Positions 11,240-27,182 of a DNA stretch of 64,000 nt are shown piece by piece. A program made the translations under genes and the position numbers. Source of the DNA: Eledone cirrhosa (lineage: Eukaryota). The notes under the pieces were generated by a model, which was given only the letters and a program-made list of their open reading frames with translations, was not told the origin of the DNA and made no database searches. Numbering within the stretch: position 1 is the first letter of the stretch; each line of letters starts with the position of its first letter. The stretch spans positions 179,614,001-179,678,000 of the forward strand of contig OZ024743.1 in the NCBI GenBank assembly GCA_964016885.1, in the 5' to 3' direction.

Positions 11240-11425
11240 GTGGGGGATTGGCAGTATCAGTAGAAGGTAACGCTATGCTTTCCAGCATAGTTACGTCTTT
11301 TACGGTCTGAGTTCAAATCCCGCCAAGGTTAACTTTGCCTTTCATCCTTACGGGGTAGATAAAATAAAGTACCAGTAATGCACTGGGTAATTAATGGCCT
11401 TGTGCCAAAAGTAGGAACAATTATG
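11240..11425 (+). mobile_element. SINE family A
   Basis: Full A-box, B-box, core and tail. Confidence 0.85.
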
Positions 11426-12694
11426 TACTGGCAAGGTTACCTTTCTATCTCTCAGGCACAGATAAAATATATTATCAGTAATAAACGACACATATCCTAC
11501 GCTTAAATATGTTTCAGTCGAAGAAATTTAGATAAAATGATGAAGTGCTGGACTACAGTCGTTACAGTATTTGATTCCATCCTATTAAGGTCAGGTTTTT
11601 TCCCCAGTCTTCATAATTACAAGTAATTTAGTGAGCTAGATCAAATCTATTACATCCGTGTATAAGGATTCAGCATATCATTGCTTTTACATGTTCCTGC
11701 CGACAGGGCGGACCACCATTTGCTAAAATTCCCGATGGAAATTCCCGGTCAAAAGTCAAAAACTGCTGATGCCGTTTGGAGAGGCATGAATGCCAACTTC
11801 CTGATATTAATTTCCCGAATCTTTGTGTTTATTGAATAAGAGGCCAATATTTATCCAGAAATCCGAGGCAATTGACGTGAAGCTGAAATAAGTTTCCGTA
11901 TTCGATTCGTGATTCCCAGTTGAAGGATATTTGACTTCTCTTTCAGCTTACACCTAACCTTTATAGTGTGAACTTCACGAACATTCTAACAAATCTTCAT
12001 CTATTCAACCTGCTGGAGTACGTTGATTTCATATAAGAAATTAATATCATCTCCGATCTTCTCTGATAAGCATTAATATATTTAATGACAAACGCGATCT
12101 GGTTAATTTCCGTTTACGGCTGAATTATTTATGGCATTGATACAAATAATAAAAAAGCCAATAAAACAACCTTAACTGAAAATAGTATTCAGCTATTTCA
12201 TGATAAAACATTTTTTCATATTTTGTTTCATATAAACTATGGCGTCAATAAGCAGGGCAGAATGAATAACAGGAAATTACTTATGGTGCATAATATTGCA
12301 TTTTAATCACATCATTCTTGAAATAATGAGCTATGATAGAATAACGAAACTCAAAAAAGGTTTATTTCAAATTACAATATAGTATAGTATATATTCCTTC
12401 ATATCCCTCGTATTATAGAAAGAATTAAGTACATGATAGAAAAAACTGACTTTATATAGTATTATCAAGCATTATAGAGCTGTGATTCTTGTTTAGTTTT
12501 AATATTTTCAGGTTGTAATTATACTCGTAGTTTCCACGATGTTTTATTTTATTTTTTTTGTACCAGATTTGATACGCATGAATGATTGATGCAGACAGAA
12601 TTCTCACACATATTATATAATATAATATTATATATATATAGAGATATATGGAGAGAGAGAGATATTGAGAGAGAGAGAAAGAGAGAAATAGAGA

Positions 12695-12830
12695 GACCCT
12701 GTGGAGTTAAAAACGAGGAGACCACTAATCATGGGAGTACTCAATGTATAGGGAGATGTAGAGTTGGGATAGAGATAGGTAAAATCTCGACGGAGACGCC
12801 AAGCTTGGCGCCGCGCTCCGGAGTCTCTGT
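12695..12830 (-). mobile_element. pLTR tail remnant with the 3' half of an HHR
   Basis: GAGTACTCAATGTATAGGGAGATGTAGAGTTGGGATA resembles the PLE-1 tail. Minus strand CGGAG..GGCGCC(AAGCUU)GGCGUCUCCG-UC forms a long helix III with a palindromic loop. The catalytic 5' half is absent. Confidence 0.5.
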
Positions 12831-12914
12831 GTCTATTTGTCTATCTCTATTTTCTCTCTTTGTTTGTTTGTTTCTTTCTTTCTTTCTTTCTTTCTCTCGT
12901 TTCCTTTCTATTTC

Positions 12915-12980
<66 letters not shown>

Positions 12981-13905
12981 AAATATATACTCTATTACAT
13001 ATTGATGTCTGTATCTTTAGTGATTAGAAGCATATATATATATATATGCCAGGTAGAACAGGAATAAATAACACTGTTTTTCTCTGTGACACCATGAGTA
13101 TATTCTCGAATGTTCTTTTTATTTCTGTCTTATCCTTATATCACATTTTTCTATTACTACAATTTGTAGCTTGTCAGATTAAATGTGCATATCTATATTT
13201 TATATTATTCATATAGATTACACACATACATATGCATATATATATGCATATGTATATAAATGCATACACGCACTTATATATATATGTGTGTGTGTGTGTG
13301 TGTATATTATGTATGTATATATAGTATGTACATATATGCAAATATTTTGTAGAGTCATATAAGTAGACGGAGAATAATGCTAATAAAGGAATAGAAAGGT
13401 GGAACACAGGAAAGAGAGAGAGAGAGAGAAAGAGAGGGAGAGAGAGAGAGAGAAAGAGAGGGAGAGAGAGAGAGAGTGAGTGAGCAGTAGTTCCCTATAT
13501 AGAAACATACGAACATACATAAATATATATATATATAGACATACATTCATACATACATACATACACACACACACTAATAACATATATATACATATACTTA
13601 CATACATACTTACATATATACTTACGTACGTTCATATATACATACTTATACATTATATAGATTCGTACGTATATATATATATATATATGCATAATTACAT
13701 ATATTATTTTTCTAAAAAATATTACGTAATATAAAGAATTTAGTGAAGAAATATTCGGTTGTTGTAGGAGCAAAGAGAAAAACCACTTCTCAATTGATTG
13801 TTGTATAGTTATATAAGAATATCAGTTACTGAAATCTAATTATCACTAGAAATGGAAAACCTACTACACTTATCAATTCATATATGCCACCATTCTTATC
13901 ACTAA

Positions 13906-14102
13906 TGGCGATGGATTGGCAGTATCGGTAGAGGGTCGGACGCCATGCTTTCCAACATAGTTACGTCCGTCCCTTTACAATCTGAGTTCAAATACCGCCG
14001 AGGTTGACTTTGCCTTTCAACCTTACGAGGTCGATTAAATAAAGTACCAGTAATGCACTGGTTAATTGCTGGCCTTGTGCCTAAAGTAGAAACAATTATT
14101 AT
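13906..14102 (+). mobile_element. SINE family A with target-site duplication
   Basis: TTATCACTAATG at 13896-13907 and 14099-14110. Confidence 0.88.
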
Positions 14103-14120
14103 CACTAATGTCAACCTGCT

Positions 14121-14169
<49 letters not shown>

Positions 14170-14527
14170 ATACATCTAGTGCTATTCATATTTTTTGTGT
14201 TAATTATGCTTGCACAGGCTGGTTTCTTATTTGCTGGGTGGGTTGGTGTATGGTGTTGGAGGTCGTGTTTAAAATTACATTTATCTCTACTGTGGTATGT
14301 ATCTCGTGAATGGTGTTTATTTTAAGAGTATGGTTTCTATTTGTGGAGATCCTAGATAGCATGGTATTTGGCAGATACATGAATACATAAATTACGTTTA
14401 TATAATTAAATGTGCGGTGTAGCTAGCATACTAAAATAATCCAACGTCACAATTCCTCGTATATTTATATATATATATTATATATGTATATACATACACA
14501 CACACACACACATATTTATATATATAT

Positions 14528-14610
<83 letters not shown>

Positions 14611-14625
14611 TGAGAGAGAGAGAGA

Positions 14626-15273
14626 GACATGGAAATTTAGTATAATCGAAGGTTTGGCTGTGGCCAAGCTAACGATATACAATTAGGAGTGGAATGTAGA
14701 AAAGTAACACACGAGTTGATATATATAAACAAATAGTAAAAACAAAAAAAAAAACTTTTCCGTGGAAAATACTGGTGAGATTCGTTCAATATAATATCAA
14801 AACATTTATTTATAAATTGGGTATTACCCCATTTAATAATGGTACCGGTTTCAGTATTATATGCTTTTTTCAACTGCGGGTGTGCAAAATGCAGTTAAGT
14901 TGCATATGTATACGAATAATAAAAAGACAAAGAAAATTATTAGTCTTTACATACATATCTAGAGAGAAAGTTCATATAGTAGTAGTTTTGTTAGCCAACT
15001 AACAGAGAATGAAGGACAACCATAGAACTTTCCTCTTTAAATATGTACGTAAAAACTAATAATTTTTCTTCCCCCTTTTTATTATTCGTATAGATGTGCA
15101 ACTTAACTGCATTTTCACATCCGCAGTTGAAAAAGCATATAATGCTGAAACCGTTACCATTATTAAATGCCGAAATACCCACTTTATAAATAAATGTTTT
15201 GATGTTATAATGAATAAATCTCTTCAGTATTTTCTACGTAAAAAACTTTTTTCTTCCCTTTTTCCTATTTGAT

Positions 15274-15278
<5 letters not shown>
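14626..15278. mobile_element. Older fold-back pLTR-like module between (TA)/(GA) tracts
   Basis: Diverged IR of ~260-bp arms (about 14710-14975 / 15022-15278). Decayed HHR-like UUGAAAA-AGCAU(AUA)AUGCU-GAAAC at 15127-15151. Its left end resembles 17351-17410. Confidence 0.7.
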
Positions 15279-15996
<718 letters not shown>

Positions 15997-16309
15997 GTAT
16001 CTATGTATATTTTCAGGGATCGACGCTCATGTCTATTACACTGAATATGCAGAATATCCCCGAATCGAATCGATCTCCTATTTTCTATTCTTTCTTTGTG
16101 TTCGACGTTATTGTCTAATTCTGCAAATAAGACATCTTGAAATAATTAAGTCTTGTTTCATGATCGGATGATAAGGTTTGGTCGTCGAAATATGTTTTCG
16201 CGGAATTGAGTGCTTTAATCTATTTAGTACATCATCCTTTAGGAATCCGAACCTCATTGGTAAACAGCCTAACATAAATGGTAAATGTATATATATATAC
16301 ATGTGTGTG

Positions 16310-16391
<82 letters not shown>

Positions 16392-16539
16392 GTTTGTGTA
16401 TCCCCACAAATACACACGCTCACAAAGACCCACACATAATACACAAACAAACAAAGACCGGCCCACACATACATATATATTTAGGAAAGGTAATCTTGTT
16501 ATAATATTGCCAGAAATATATAATAAAACACACTCGTTG

Positions 16540-16577
<38 letters not shown>

Positions 16578-17274
16578 CAGAAGCACGCACTCATAATTGA
16601 TATTATACACATACCTGTGCGCGCGACTGTATATGGTTAGTTGTTTGTGATTGTGTGTAGGTTTTTGTGATTGTGCCTCTGTCTGACTATATTTTCTGTA
16701 ATATAGCCTTTCGACATGAAAAGGATTGATAAAATATGCACTAGACTCGACTAACTCACGTAATGATGGATATCTTCGTTTAAATCAACGTGCTGCAATC
16801 TAATTATTCAAAGCGGTAAAACTAAAATGAGAATAACATTTCTTTTCAGATGACTTGTAGAGTCGGTTGTTTATTTAAATAACCTTCGTTCATAACAAAT
16901 TTCTTTGGCAAAGTTAACTACTGTTATGGAGGGAATGCGTAATGTATTTTCATAGCTTTAGCATCACATCGAGGTGTGTTGACGTCAGCTTAAAAATAAT
17001 CAATCTTATAAATGAGTTTAATGAAATAGGTAGTAAATTACTTTCTCTTTCCAATATATTCTATTGAACTAATGTATTATAACAATGCAAAATTGCAGGG
17101 TTTTATTGTTGACGTATATATACGTATATATATTTGCCTAATATATATAATATATAGAGAGAGATATCAATAACTAAAGATATATATATATATATATATA
17201 TAAATATATCCTCTTTTCCATATAATGTGTGAAACTAATAAGACTTTTTATACCTCTGCTTTGTCGTTTCCTTG

Positions 17275-17338
<64 letters not shown>

Positions 17339-17584
17339 TATATATATATACAAGTGGAAATTTAGGAAAATCGAAGCTTTGGCTGCAGCCAAGCAAAATC
17401 GACCTACAAATAGTAATGAGTCGCAAAGCACTCAATAAGGTAGGCCCTCAGAGTAATAACATACGTTTAGATAGCTTGACAAATTGAAAATCGCGGCAGG
17501 CAAAAGCCAGCCATACAATACCAAAACAACGAAAAAACTAATCAGGTTAGTATATATACATACATACATACACATATACACACA

Positions 17585-17618
<34 letters not shown>

Positions 17619-19136
17619 ACGCATATACACATACACACATACAACTCAAAATATACACATCCACACATACAATAACATCCATATCTACACATGCATGCAG
17701 GCATGCATACATAATCTACCTAGTTGATGTTGTGTAAATTTCAATGACAGAGTCTTGTGTCTATGTTAGAAACCGACTCTCTCTCTCTCTATTGGGAACA
17801 AATTTGTGAAATTATAAAACCAGAAGAACATGCATACATACATTGAGAGATGTAGAGATATATTCATAATTAAAGTCAAATTTCAGTTTTTAGTGAATAA
17901 TACTTTTGGTACGAACCTGTATTTGTTATATAAATATATACACCAAAATGGCGGTTTAAATCGGGGAAAATATTTGATTTAATCAAGACCACATCTGTCA
18001 CTACTCTACATCTGCAGGTGTTTCGAATATATTAACAAAGTTTTGATACAGGCTTTTCTATCTATTATTTATTCATTTATCCATGTATCTATATATATAT
18101 TTAAATATATAGTTATCTCATACGTATTTATTAATCTATCTACATTTACTTTTTACTGGTAGCAGCTTGTAAACATAATTGTAAAATACAGAATACATTT
18201 ATTAAGATATAAAATTAACCCAAGATATAATAGGTTTGAAATAAAAAGAAAAATTGTGTGAATAATATACATATAGCAATGTATTGAATCTCAAATTATA
18301 ATCAGAAAAAGAAAATGTTGATATCGCTATCGGGTGTGTTTATGTAACTTTTAAACCGATGTACAATAGAATAACAGTAACATATATTACATAAATATCA
18401 CATATATATAAAGAGATATGTAAATAAGAGTATTAGAATTTGTCATTGAAAGTTATCTTGCTAATGTTTAGAATAAACATGATACGAAATTAACAGAAGA
18501 TTGATGTTTCGAAATGCATCTGTTCAGGATATAGGAAAATATATTGTATGATATTAGGTGTCATACAAATACACATATATACAAACATATATACACACAT
18601 ACATACATAATACATGCATAAATACATACATGCACACTTCCATAGATTGATAGATACATACATACATAATACTTACATAATTTCTTACATACAAATATAA
18701 TTACTTGCCCACATGCTTACATGCATGTATATATTTATATATAATGAATATTTATCGAAAAGTCATCATTTATAAGTAAATTTTAAATTTAATATATGTC
18801 TGAATACAGAATATAAGTGGCAATGTAGAATTGAAACGACTGTACAGAGGAAAATATTAAAGTTTGTTTAAACATGTTTCACGGGTAATTTACCGTTCAT
18901 CAGTATTAGTGTAATGATGAATGGACAATTAGACATGAAAGTTGTCTAAGCAATGTCCTATCCGACCGAATCTTTCTACTTCTCTTTAACTTCATACGTA
19001 CAGAGCGTCATAAAAATAATTTTCTTAGCAAAACATGTTGCCTTCATTCGACATCTGTCGTTATTCTCAACCTGCTTATTGGAATTTACCAAACTGCAGT
19101 TTCCACATGGCTTAAACATATTTTCTTAGCTCTGAA

Positions 19137-19292
19137 ATAGAGTTACGGCCCTTTGCCTCCTGATGTTATCTTCTTTCATCCTTACAAGGTCGACAAAATA
19201 TAGTATCAGTAATGCACTTGGGTCGATTTAAACGACTTCCACTCCCCTAAAGTTGTTGGCCTTGTGCCTAAATCAGAAAACCTTCTTATTAT
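19137..19292 (+). mobile_element. SINE family A, 5'-truncated
   Basis: Core and tail only. Confidence 0.7.
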
Positions 19293-19299
19293 TATATCA

Positions 19300-19980
19300 A
19301 CCTTATCGATGTTATATAACCGGACAATCTGCCTTTATGAACATCAAGCCACTATCTACAGCCTCAGATATTCAGGACGTATCGATGGGTCCTTGCTGTT
19401 CCCAGTAGGCATGCCTTTTGAAGTGTTAAAAAAAAATGGGGAACTTGGCTAATGCTCATTAGCCCACTTTGGAAACACTTCTTCAGTTCCCACTTTAGCT
19501 CCTGGCACCGGTTAATTTTCTTCTCCTTTTCTTGCATTCTTGTGTCAAATGTGCAAGCTAAATCTATAATCAAGCAAAATCCTTTTTCCAAGTCAGGCCT
19601 TTTGTGTTCTAATTCTTTATTTGTTTGAATCCTTAAGTTTCATAACCTTTCACCCTCATTTTCTACGTCATCATGTACTTGTTTCGCTCAGATTTCTTCA
19701 GGCTATTTGCCTGATTTACTCCTCTTTACATTTCCAACTTAAACTTTCTATTTACTTCCCCCAATTCCAATTCGCTTTTCCGTCCATTAGTTCTTATACA
19801 CGAGCCTGACCCACCAGTTTTTGTTCAGTTAAATCAAATTGATCAACATCGTTCCAGATGTATGCCTTCGTTATCTAGAGCCTTTTCAAGGAACATTTCC
19901 AAACAGTTCTATTCAATTCCTTCTTCTAGTTGGCTCTTGCCTCGTTTCTTCTTCCGTCGACAATAACAGTATTTGGATGA
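19300..19980 (-). pseudogene. Decayed R4/Dong-like non-LTR retrotransposon C-terminus with restriction-like endonuclease
   Basis: RIQTNKELEHKRPDL..EKGFCLIIDLACTFDTRMQEKEKKINRCQELKWELKK matches the RPD-(x)n-D..KE.EK..KY.EL pattern. Confidence 0.7.
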
Positions 19981-20045
19981 CAGCCAGAAACCTTAAAAGT
20001 AGAAACAATTATTATTATGTCAAGATGTTATTATTATTATTTCAA

Positions 20046-20435
20046 GGGCGGTGGATTGGTAGTATCAGTAGAGGGTTGGACGCCATGCTTTGTAGCATAG
20101 AGCTACGCCCCTTTACGGACTGAGTTTAAATCCCGCCGAGATTAACTTTGCCTTTGATCCCTACGGGGTCGATAAAATAAAGTAACAGTAATGCACTGGG
20201 ATAATTGCTGGCTTTGTGCCAAAAAGCAGAAACAATTATTATTATTATATTTGGCAGCATCGATAGAGCGTCAGACAACATGCTTTACAGCATAGAGTTA
20301 TGGCCCTTTACGTTCTGAGTTCAAATCTCGCCGAGGTTAACTTTACCTTTCATCCTTACGGGGTCGATAAAATAAAGTACCAGTAATCCTCTGGGATAAT
20401 TGCTGGCCTTGTGCCAAAAGTAGAATCAATTATTA
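20046..20435 (+). mobile_element. Two tandem SINE family A copies
   Basis: Units at about 20046-20245 and 20251-20435. Confidence 0.85.
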
Positions 20436-20609
20436 TATTTCATTTGCCCAGTGATGATATTATTACCACTAGATCATTTGATTGACTCCCAATTAAGGTA
20501 TGTAAGTTTAGAACTTAACTTGCTCATCAAAATCTTCCTTTGAAATGCTTTCCCATCTCTGTTTTAGTTCATTAGATAACTTATGCTCACCTTCATTTAT
20601 ATTATCATT

Positions 20610-20812
20610 CGGGTGGTGGATTGGCAGTATCTCTAGAGCGTCGGACATCATGGTTTGCGGTTTAGAGGTATGGCCCTTTACATTCTGAGTCCAAATATCA
20701 CCGAGGTTAGTTTTGCCTTTCATCATTACGGGGTCATGCACTGGGGTCAATTTAATCGACTTTATCCTCCCCCCAAAAAAATGCTGGCATTGTGCCTATA
20801 TAAGAAACCATC
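20610..20812 (+). mobile_element. SINE family A (long form)
   Basis: Includes the GGGGTCAATTTAATCGACTT..CCCC segment that the short form lacks. Confidence 0.8.
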
Positions 20813-21464
20813 ATTACGGGGTCGATAAATTCTCAACAGATTGAACGACCATGTAACATTTTGTGATGCTGACCAATCTATTTTAGGTGTATGAATGTGT
20901 GGATTCGTAACTTCTGGTGGAGTCGTTGGGGCACTGTATTGATATACGGCGAATCTAGGGCATTTTAAAATCTCCAAGTCTGAATACAGAAAAGAATAGA
21001 GAGTGGGATAATGGAAGTAAGAAAAATATATAGAGGAAGATTCGACTGGTACACTTTTATCAACCTCGAATGGAGGAAAAGCAAAGTTGAACTCTGAGGA
21101 ATTTGAAATCAGAAAGCTGAGAGCTGAAACGATGACTGTAAAAATATTCCATCTGATGTTCTAATGATTCTGCCAATTCGTCAAAATCGCCACATATATA
21201 AAATCTTACTTAAAGTTAGATAAACTTCATTAGATCAGTGCCGCCTAGAAAACCGATAGAAAATTGGATATGAAATTGAAATGTCTATGAATTGTTTGAT
21301 TTCTATATCTAAAGAAAGAATAATCGATGGATGAATGGGAAACAAGATAACCGACTTAGAATTATTACAATATGGTAGACACAAAGTCAGATAAATCCTG
21401 TCGCATGAGAGGATTTAACTTTAAATTAAATTTGTTTTAGCCTATCAGACAAGAACAGGCTCTC

Positions 21465-21755
21465 ACACACATACAAACACACTCACAAACATACACAAAC
21501 ACAGACGAAAACATGCACAAACACACACAAAAATACTTACAAACACACACACACAAACATGCACAAACACACACAAACATACTTAGAAACACACAAACAT
21601 ACTGAAACACGCACACACACAAACATACTGAAACACACACACACACAAACATGCACAGACACACACAAACATACTGAAAAACACACACACACACAAACAT
21701 ACTTACAAACACGCACAAACTCCAACTCAAACACACACATACGCGCTAACACAAA
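21465..21755. repeat. CA-rich compound minisatellite
   Basis: ACACACAAACATACT/ATGC units. Confidence 0.8.
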
Positions 21756-21860
21756 CCTGTAGATATACGTTCGCTTTTAATGTATAGGAATGTAAATATT
21801 AATATGCAAATATATATGTTAATAAACACTCCGTATTTATGTATATTTATCTTCATGTAT

Positions 21861-21967
<107 letters not shown>

Positions 21968-21993
21968 TTTTGAAAAATAGAACACACACACAC

Positions 21994-22028
<35 letters not shown>

Positions 22029-22029
22029 G

Positions 22030-22078
<49 letters not shown>

Positions 22079-23719
22079 CACATATATATATATATACGGG
22101 GAGGAGATATACACTTTTATGTATTTATTATATATCAGGGTTTTAAATTTGTCCAGTATTTGTATGAATAATTATCGATCAACTAAAGTTAATTTCTGCC
22201 TATTATGTTCCATTGTTTGTGTGTAATTCCTTAAGTGTTTTGGCCATATGTAGAATATATGTATGGAGAATTCTAGTCAATGTTATACTGTATAGTATTT
22301 AATATATACACTAATATAGCATTGGTGGAGGAGGTGGCACATGGATTAGTGGGTAAGATGTGGGGATCACTATAGTAATATGAACAACAAACGAATGTGG
22401 GAGAGAGAGAGAGACAGGGTGTGAAAGAGAATGTGAGAGATGGAGGCGATGAAGAGAGGGAAAGTTTATAATCAAAGGCGTGAGAAAGAGAGTAAAAGAG
22501 AGAAAGTGGGGATATAAAGGGGTCTTAGCTGGTTCCAGACTGGAACTAACTGTTGAAATGGCAAGAACTCAGCCGTTCGGCACCGACGCTTCTTATATAT
22601 ATATATATATATAAATGTTTGTAAGTAAATGAGTCTGTATATACACCCATGCATGTCCCTTAATAGAAGGGAAGTTAATTTAACATGAATTTAAAAAGCA
22701 AATTAAATATGACAAAAGAGTGAAATTTATGGAATTTCAAGTATCCCTACATTAGACTTACCACTCGTGAACACGCAAGTAAAGCTCATTGCTTTATTTA
22801 CACAAATAAAATCTAACATTTAATTAGCTACTTCATATTCTGTGTCATGTGAGGTGCAGAAGAAATTCGTTATATAAATGAAAGCAGCTGGTTGTGCGAA
22901 AAAAGTTGAAAGAAAATTACAATAAAATTAATGGTGAAAGGGAAACTATGAGCACCATAGTGATTGAAATTTTAGATAGTTTTGATACTGGGTTGGGAAA
23001 GTATATTGAAATTGATCATTAGTTATCTAGAACTGAGTAAAAAGGCATAAGCTAACATAAAATAAAATAAGAATGACGTTTTCAGTTAATCAACATATGT
23101 TTCTTGTAAAAAGGTATTCACTCTTGTATGTACATGATAGACAACAAAACAAAGAATGCTAGAGTCTTTTACAAAATATTCTACACAGAAAGAGGAATAA
23201 ACTTAATCCCCACCAACAACACCACCACCACCACCATCACCACGTCCAACATATCACTACCTCCACTACTAACACACCACTATTTCCACCACATCACCAC
23301 TTCCAATAGACCCCATCAACACCACCAACACAAGCACCACTACCACAACTCCACGATTTCCACAAAATCACCACCTCCACGACCCCAACACCAGTACCTC
23401 CACCTCACAAACAACTACAACAGCAACAACAAAACCACCACCGCTACTACTACTACTAACAGCAGTAGCAGCAGTAGTAGTAGTGAAGTTGATTCCTATT
23501 GTTGGTTAGAAGAGCCTAAAATGAATTTAGGGGGAACGCTATAAAAACCCAATAGTTGGGATTTGGTCTACTTTGTCTTGAATAATAAAAACTTTAACAT
23601 GCTATATAAACATTGTTTTATCACCATTGAAAGTGTGTAAACATTTTGGTGGAAAGTCACCTCTGTGTATGCAATTTCTTTTTTTTAGGGGGGGGGGGCT
23701 GGAATACCCTGTATAATCA

Positions 23720-25960
23720 TTCCTGACAGAATGGCAGGATGGACTATTAAGCTTAGAACGGCGTAGAGGTAAAACGTTGAAATGAAATATCTAAATTATA
23801 AAGCCACTAAATAGGATTACATAGATTTTAGATTGAAACTATATGAAAATCAGTGATCCCATGCTCAAAACGTTGTACCCACCACACATGAAATACATAA
23901 ACCATTACAATACTAAAACAATCTGAACAACAGAAATGCTTTTAATAAATACAGCCTCAAAAGGTTGTCAGAAAAATACAATAGAATCCGTTAATTAGAA
24001 AAATTGTTATCCCAAAAGACAAGAATAAAGACAGAAAAAAATAAACCCCCTACTGTGAATGTCGATATGAGCATGAGATTCCACTACCAGATAAAGAGAA
24101 TATGTTATTCGCTACATGCATCGCAACAGATGGGATTAAAACTCACATCAGAACAGCATGAGTAGAGTTTGTAATGATACCAAAAGATACCAGAAAAAAA
24201 GACCCACACGTAACAAAATCAATAAGACGAATCAATAAACCACCCAGCTTACAATCTACTAATAAACATCTTCAAAGAATAATAGCTAAATATATTCTGA
24301 TGTTCCCAAAAATTATTTCCACATATGCAAACGTTGACAGATTATACAACCTAATATATTCCATACTCATTATATTAATGATGTAATTCTGATCGACATA
24401 ATTTGTGTAAATCTCTTTCATGAAGCCCACCCTAAGCACTGGAAAGAAACTGTATTAGACGCAATTGGCAGGACATCATACCTATACTAACTCAAAGGAG
24501 GAGCAATTGTAATATTAACCAGATAAAATGAAGGTGTTGTAAAGAAATATTTTAACAGAAAGCATTATGCAAGTAAAATAATTGTTTCTACTTTTGGCAC
24601 AAGGCCAGCAATTACAGTGCATTACTGGTACTTTATTTCATCGACCCTGTAAGGATGAAAGGCAAAGTTAACCTCGGCGGGATTTGAACTCAGAATGGCA
24701 AGGACCGTAACTCTATGCGTCAAAGCAAGGCGTCCGACCCTCTACCGATACTGCCAATCCACGGCCTCTTTATGCAAGTAAAATAATTGTTTCTACTTTA
24801 GGCACAAGACCAGCAATTACCCAGTACATTATTTTATCGACCCCGTAAAATAATGACGAAAAGAATGATCCGACATTTTGAGAAACTTTGACTCATCTCT
24901 CATTCGAAATCAAATATTTGAAACATCAATGAAACGTGATATTAGGAGATACACCAACAACTGTAGAAATCAAATAATAATAGGAATATGTATGAAAAGG
25001 ATACAACAATGGGGAGGAAGAATGGATTAAAAAGTGGAATAACAGCACATACATGGCCCAGTATAAATAGCGGGAATTTTATAACCATAATCAAAACTGA
25101 AAATAACTGAAAGGTCCTCAACTTGATAGTATCTTTGATAACTGGATAAATACGAAAGCAAATCACATGAAACCGTAGGAACAACATACAATATAAACTA
25201 CAAAGATTAGAATGCATCAATATCTAACTAGTTACAAGAGGGGAAACCATATTATGGTGTAGTTTTTTTTTTTGCTTTTGTTTTTTCAAAAGAAAACAAG
25301 AAGCAAATGAATACGCTGCTTCCAAATAATACGCAAATCCCTAAAGCTGGAAATGACTGGCTGCTCATCTGGAAAATAATAGCATCATAACAACAAAAAT
25401 GAAATGCTATTCCAAAAAGATGTTTCATTATAATAACCGACTATTGTTATAAATTAAAAACAAAACAGAAAAAAATACAACATATGTCGTGGATCGATTA
25501 CGCAAAATCCATTGACAACATGCCACACTTTACAAAACGAAACTCCCCGATGAAATGGCTACATATAAAATATTTCATGTCGAAATCAAAAACTACAATA
25601 TCACTCCAGCAATAAATGAGTAGGAAGAACAGTTCCATCCCCCAAAAAGAATCCATTAAAACATTGCTGAATAAAAACGACTAGAAGATACAAATGATAT
25701 GTTCAACAAAGAAATCAGCTTTATATGACTTATTAGAATTTCATACAAAGAAATTATTCTAATGCAATACCAATTAAAACTTAAAAGCAGTTCAGAAGAC
25801 AGCAGAATGTGTATCGTATTAGACAGGTGTTCCAAAGCTATTCTGAAAGATGCAAAATTAATTATAACGCAACATATTAAGTTAGATGTAGACACTGAAA
25901 TCTCGATAGAATATAAAAAGATAATCCATTCAGTTACTTAGTATTAGGAAATGATAAGAC
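23720..25960 (+). pseudogene. Highly decayed R4/Dong-like LINE RT region, interrupted by SINEs
   Basis: Scattered motifs: GPQLDSIFDNWIN (~25112), TRGETIL (~25233), WIDYAKSIDNMPH (~25490; compare WIDYKKAYDSVPH). Boundaries approximate. Confidence 0.55.
24578..24848 (-). mobile_element. SINE family A plus an adjacent 3' fragment
   Basis: Reverse-complement consensus, flanked by duplicated TTATGCAAGTAAAATA. Confidence 0.85.
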
Positions 25961-26074
25961 ACAACACTCAAAAACAGAGAGAGCATACACACACACACAC
26001 ATACAGAGAGAGAGAGAGGGAGAGGGAGAGAGAGAGAGAGAAAGGGAGAGAGAGAGGGAGAGAGAGAGAGAGAA

Positions 26075-26105
<31 letters not shown>

Positions 26106-26339
26106 TATGGAAAAATTAGCTTTTAAATTATTTTTAATTCCTTACACATATTTCAGGAAAGTTGTATAATATATAAGCACACTGGACAAGTTATGAAAAG
26201 ACGTGGCAATTATATACTATCCTATATAATTCCCTAAATACTTTTGAGCTTTGTATATTACCTTTAATATATGTATATATAAATCACTAGATTTAAGTCT
26301 TTATATTTATTACCACTACTACTATATCTTAGGCCACCT

Positions 26340-26550
26340 TCGGTCAAGAATGGCTATAGTTTCGCATCTAGAATGTTCTCCTCAGAGGCACAAGCAAGGT
26401 GTCTTTGTGGAAGACCAGCAGTCACCGATGCCTGCCGGTCTCCCTTCTCCACGCCACTGATGTTGTCTAAGGGAAAGGCAATTGCCGATACAGATTGGCA
26501 CCAGTGACGTCACAACTCATTTCTACAGCAGAGTGACTTGGAATAACGTA
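26340..26550 (-). mobile_element. SINE family B 3' portion
   Basis: Reverse complement matches 62240-62395. Confidence 0.7.
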
Positions 26551-27057
26551 AACTGTCAATTACCATAGCATCTTGTCCACCACGCCTAGTCAATAAAATT
26601 GAACTGATGGAATCTATTTGGAAACCTATCAGATAGACTCTGCTTATAACTCAACGGGTCGGCTTGTCAGATCGAATCTGGCATCTCTCGAATATCAAAC
26701 GTTCATCTATTGTGGTCGACTATTATTGTGGTCACTTGCGTCGGGATGCACAAATTCATATATATTCACAAATTCATAAATATTCACAACGTTTTCATAA
26801 GTCAACTACTTTGTTTTAACTTCTAAATAATCGGAATAGGTGGTCAGGCTTTTAATGTAATTAGTATGTGTGAGTGTGTGTGTAATAAAGAATGGCGTGC
26901 TCATGCGCCGAGATTTCCGATTTTAAAGGGTTTTATCCTGTTTTATAAAATATTCTATAGCATCTCAGCACATGAGCACATCACTCTTTGTATTAACTTT
27001 ATGCCCTCAGCACTTTGTAAAAATTCGAGTGATCGGCTATGTATGCACGATTTTTGT

Positions 27058-27182
<125 letters not shown>

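Noticed and set aside
23530-23713. GGAATACCCTG-TA as a Tc1/mariner right TIR
   Set aside because: No matching left TIR or transposase was found in the window.
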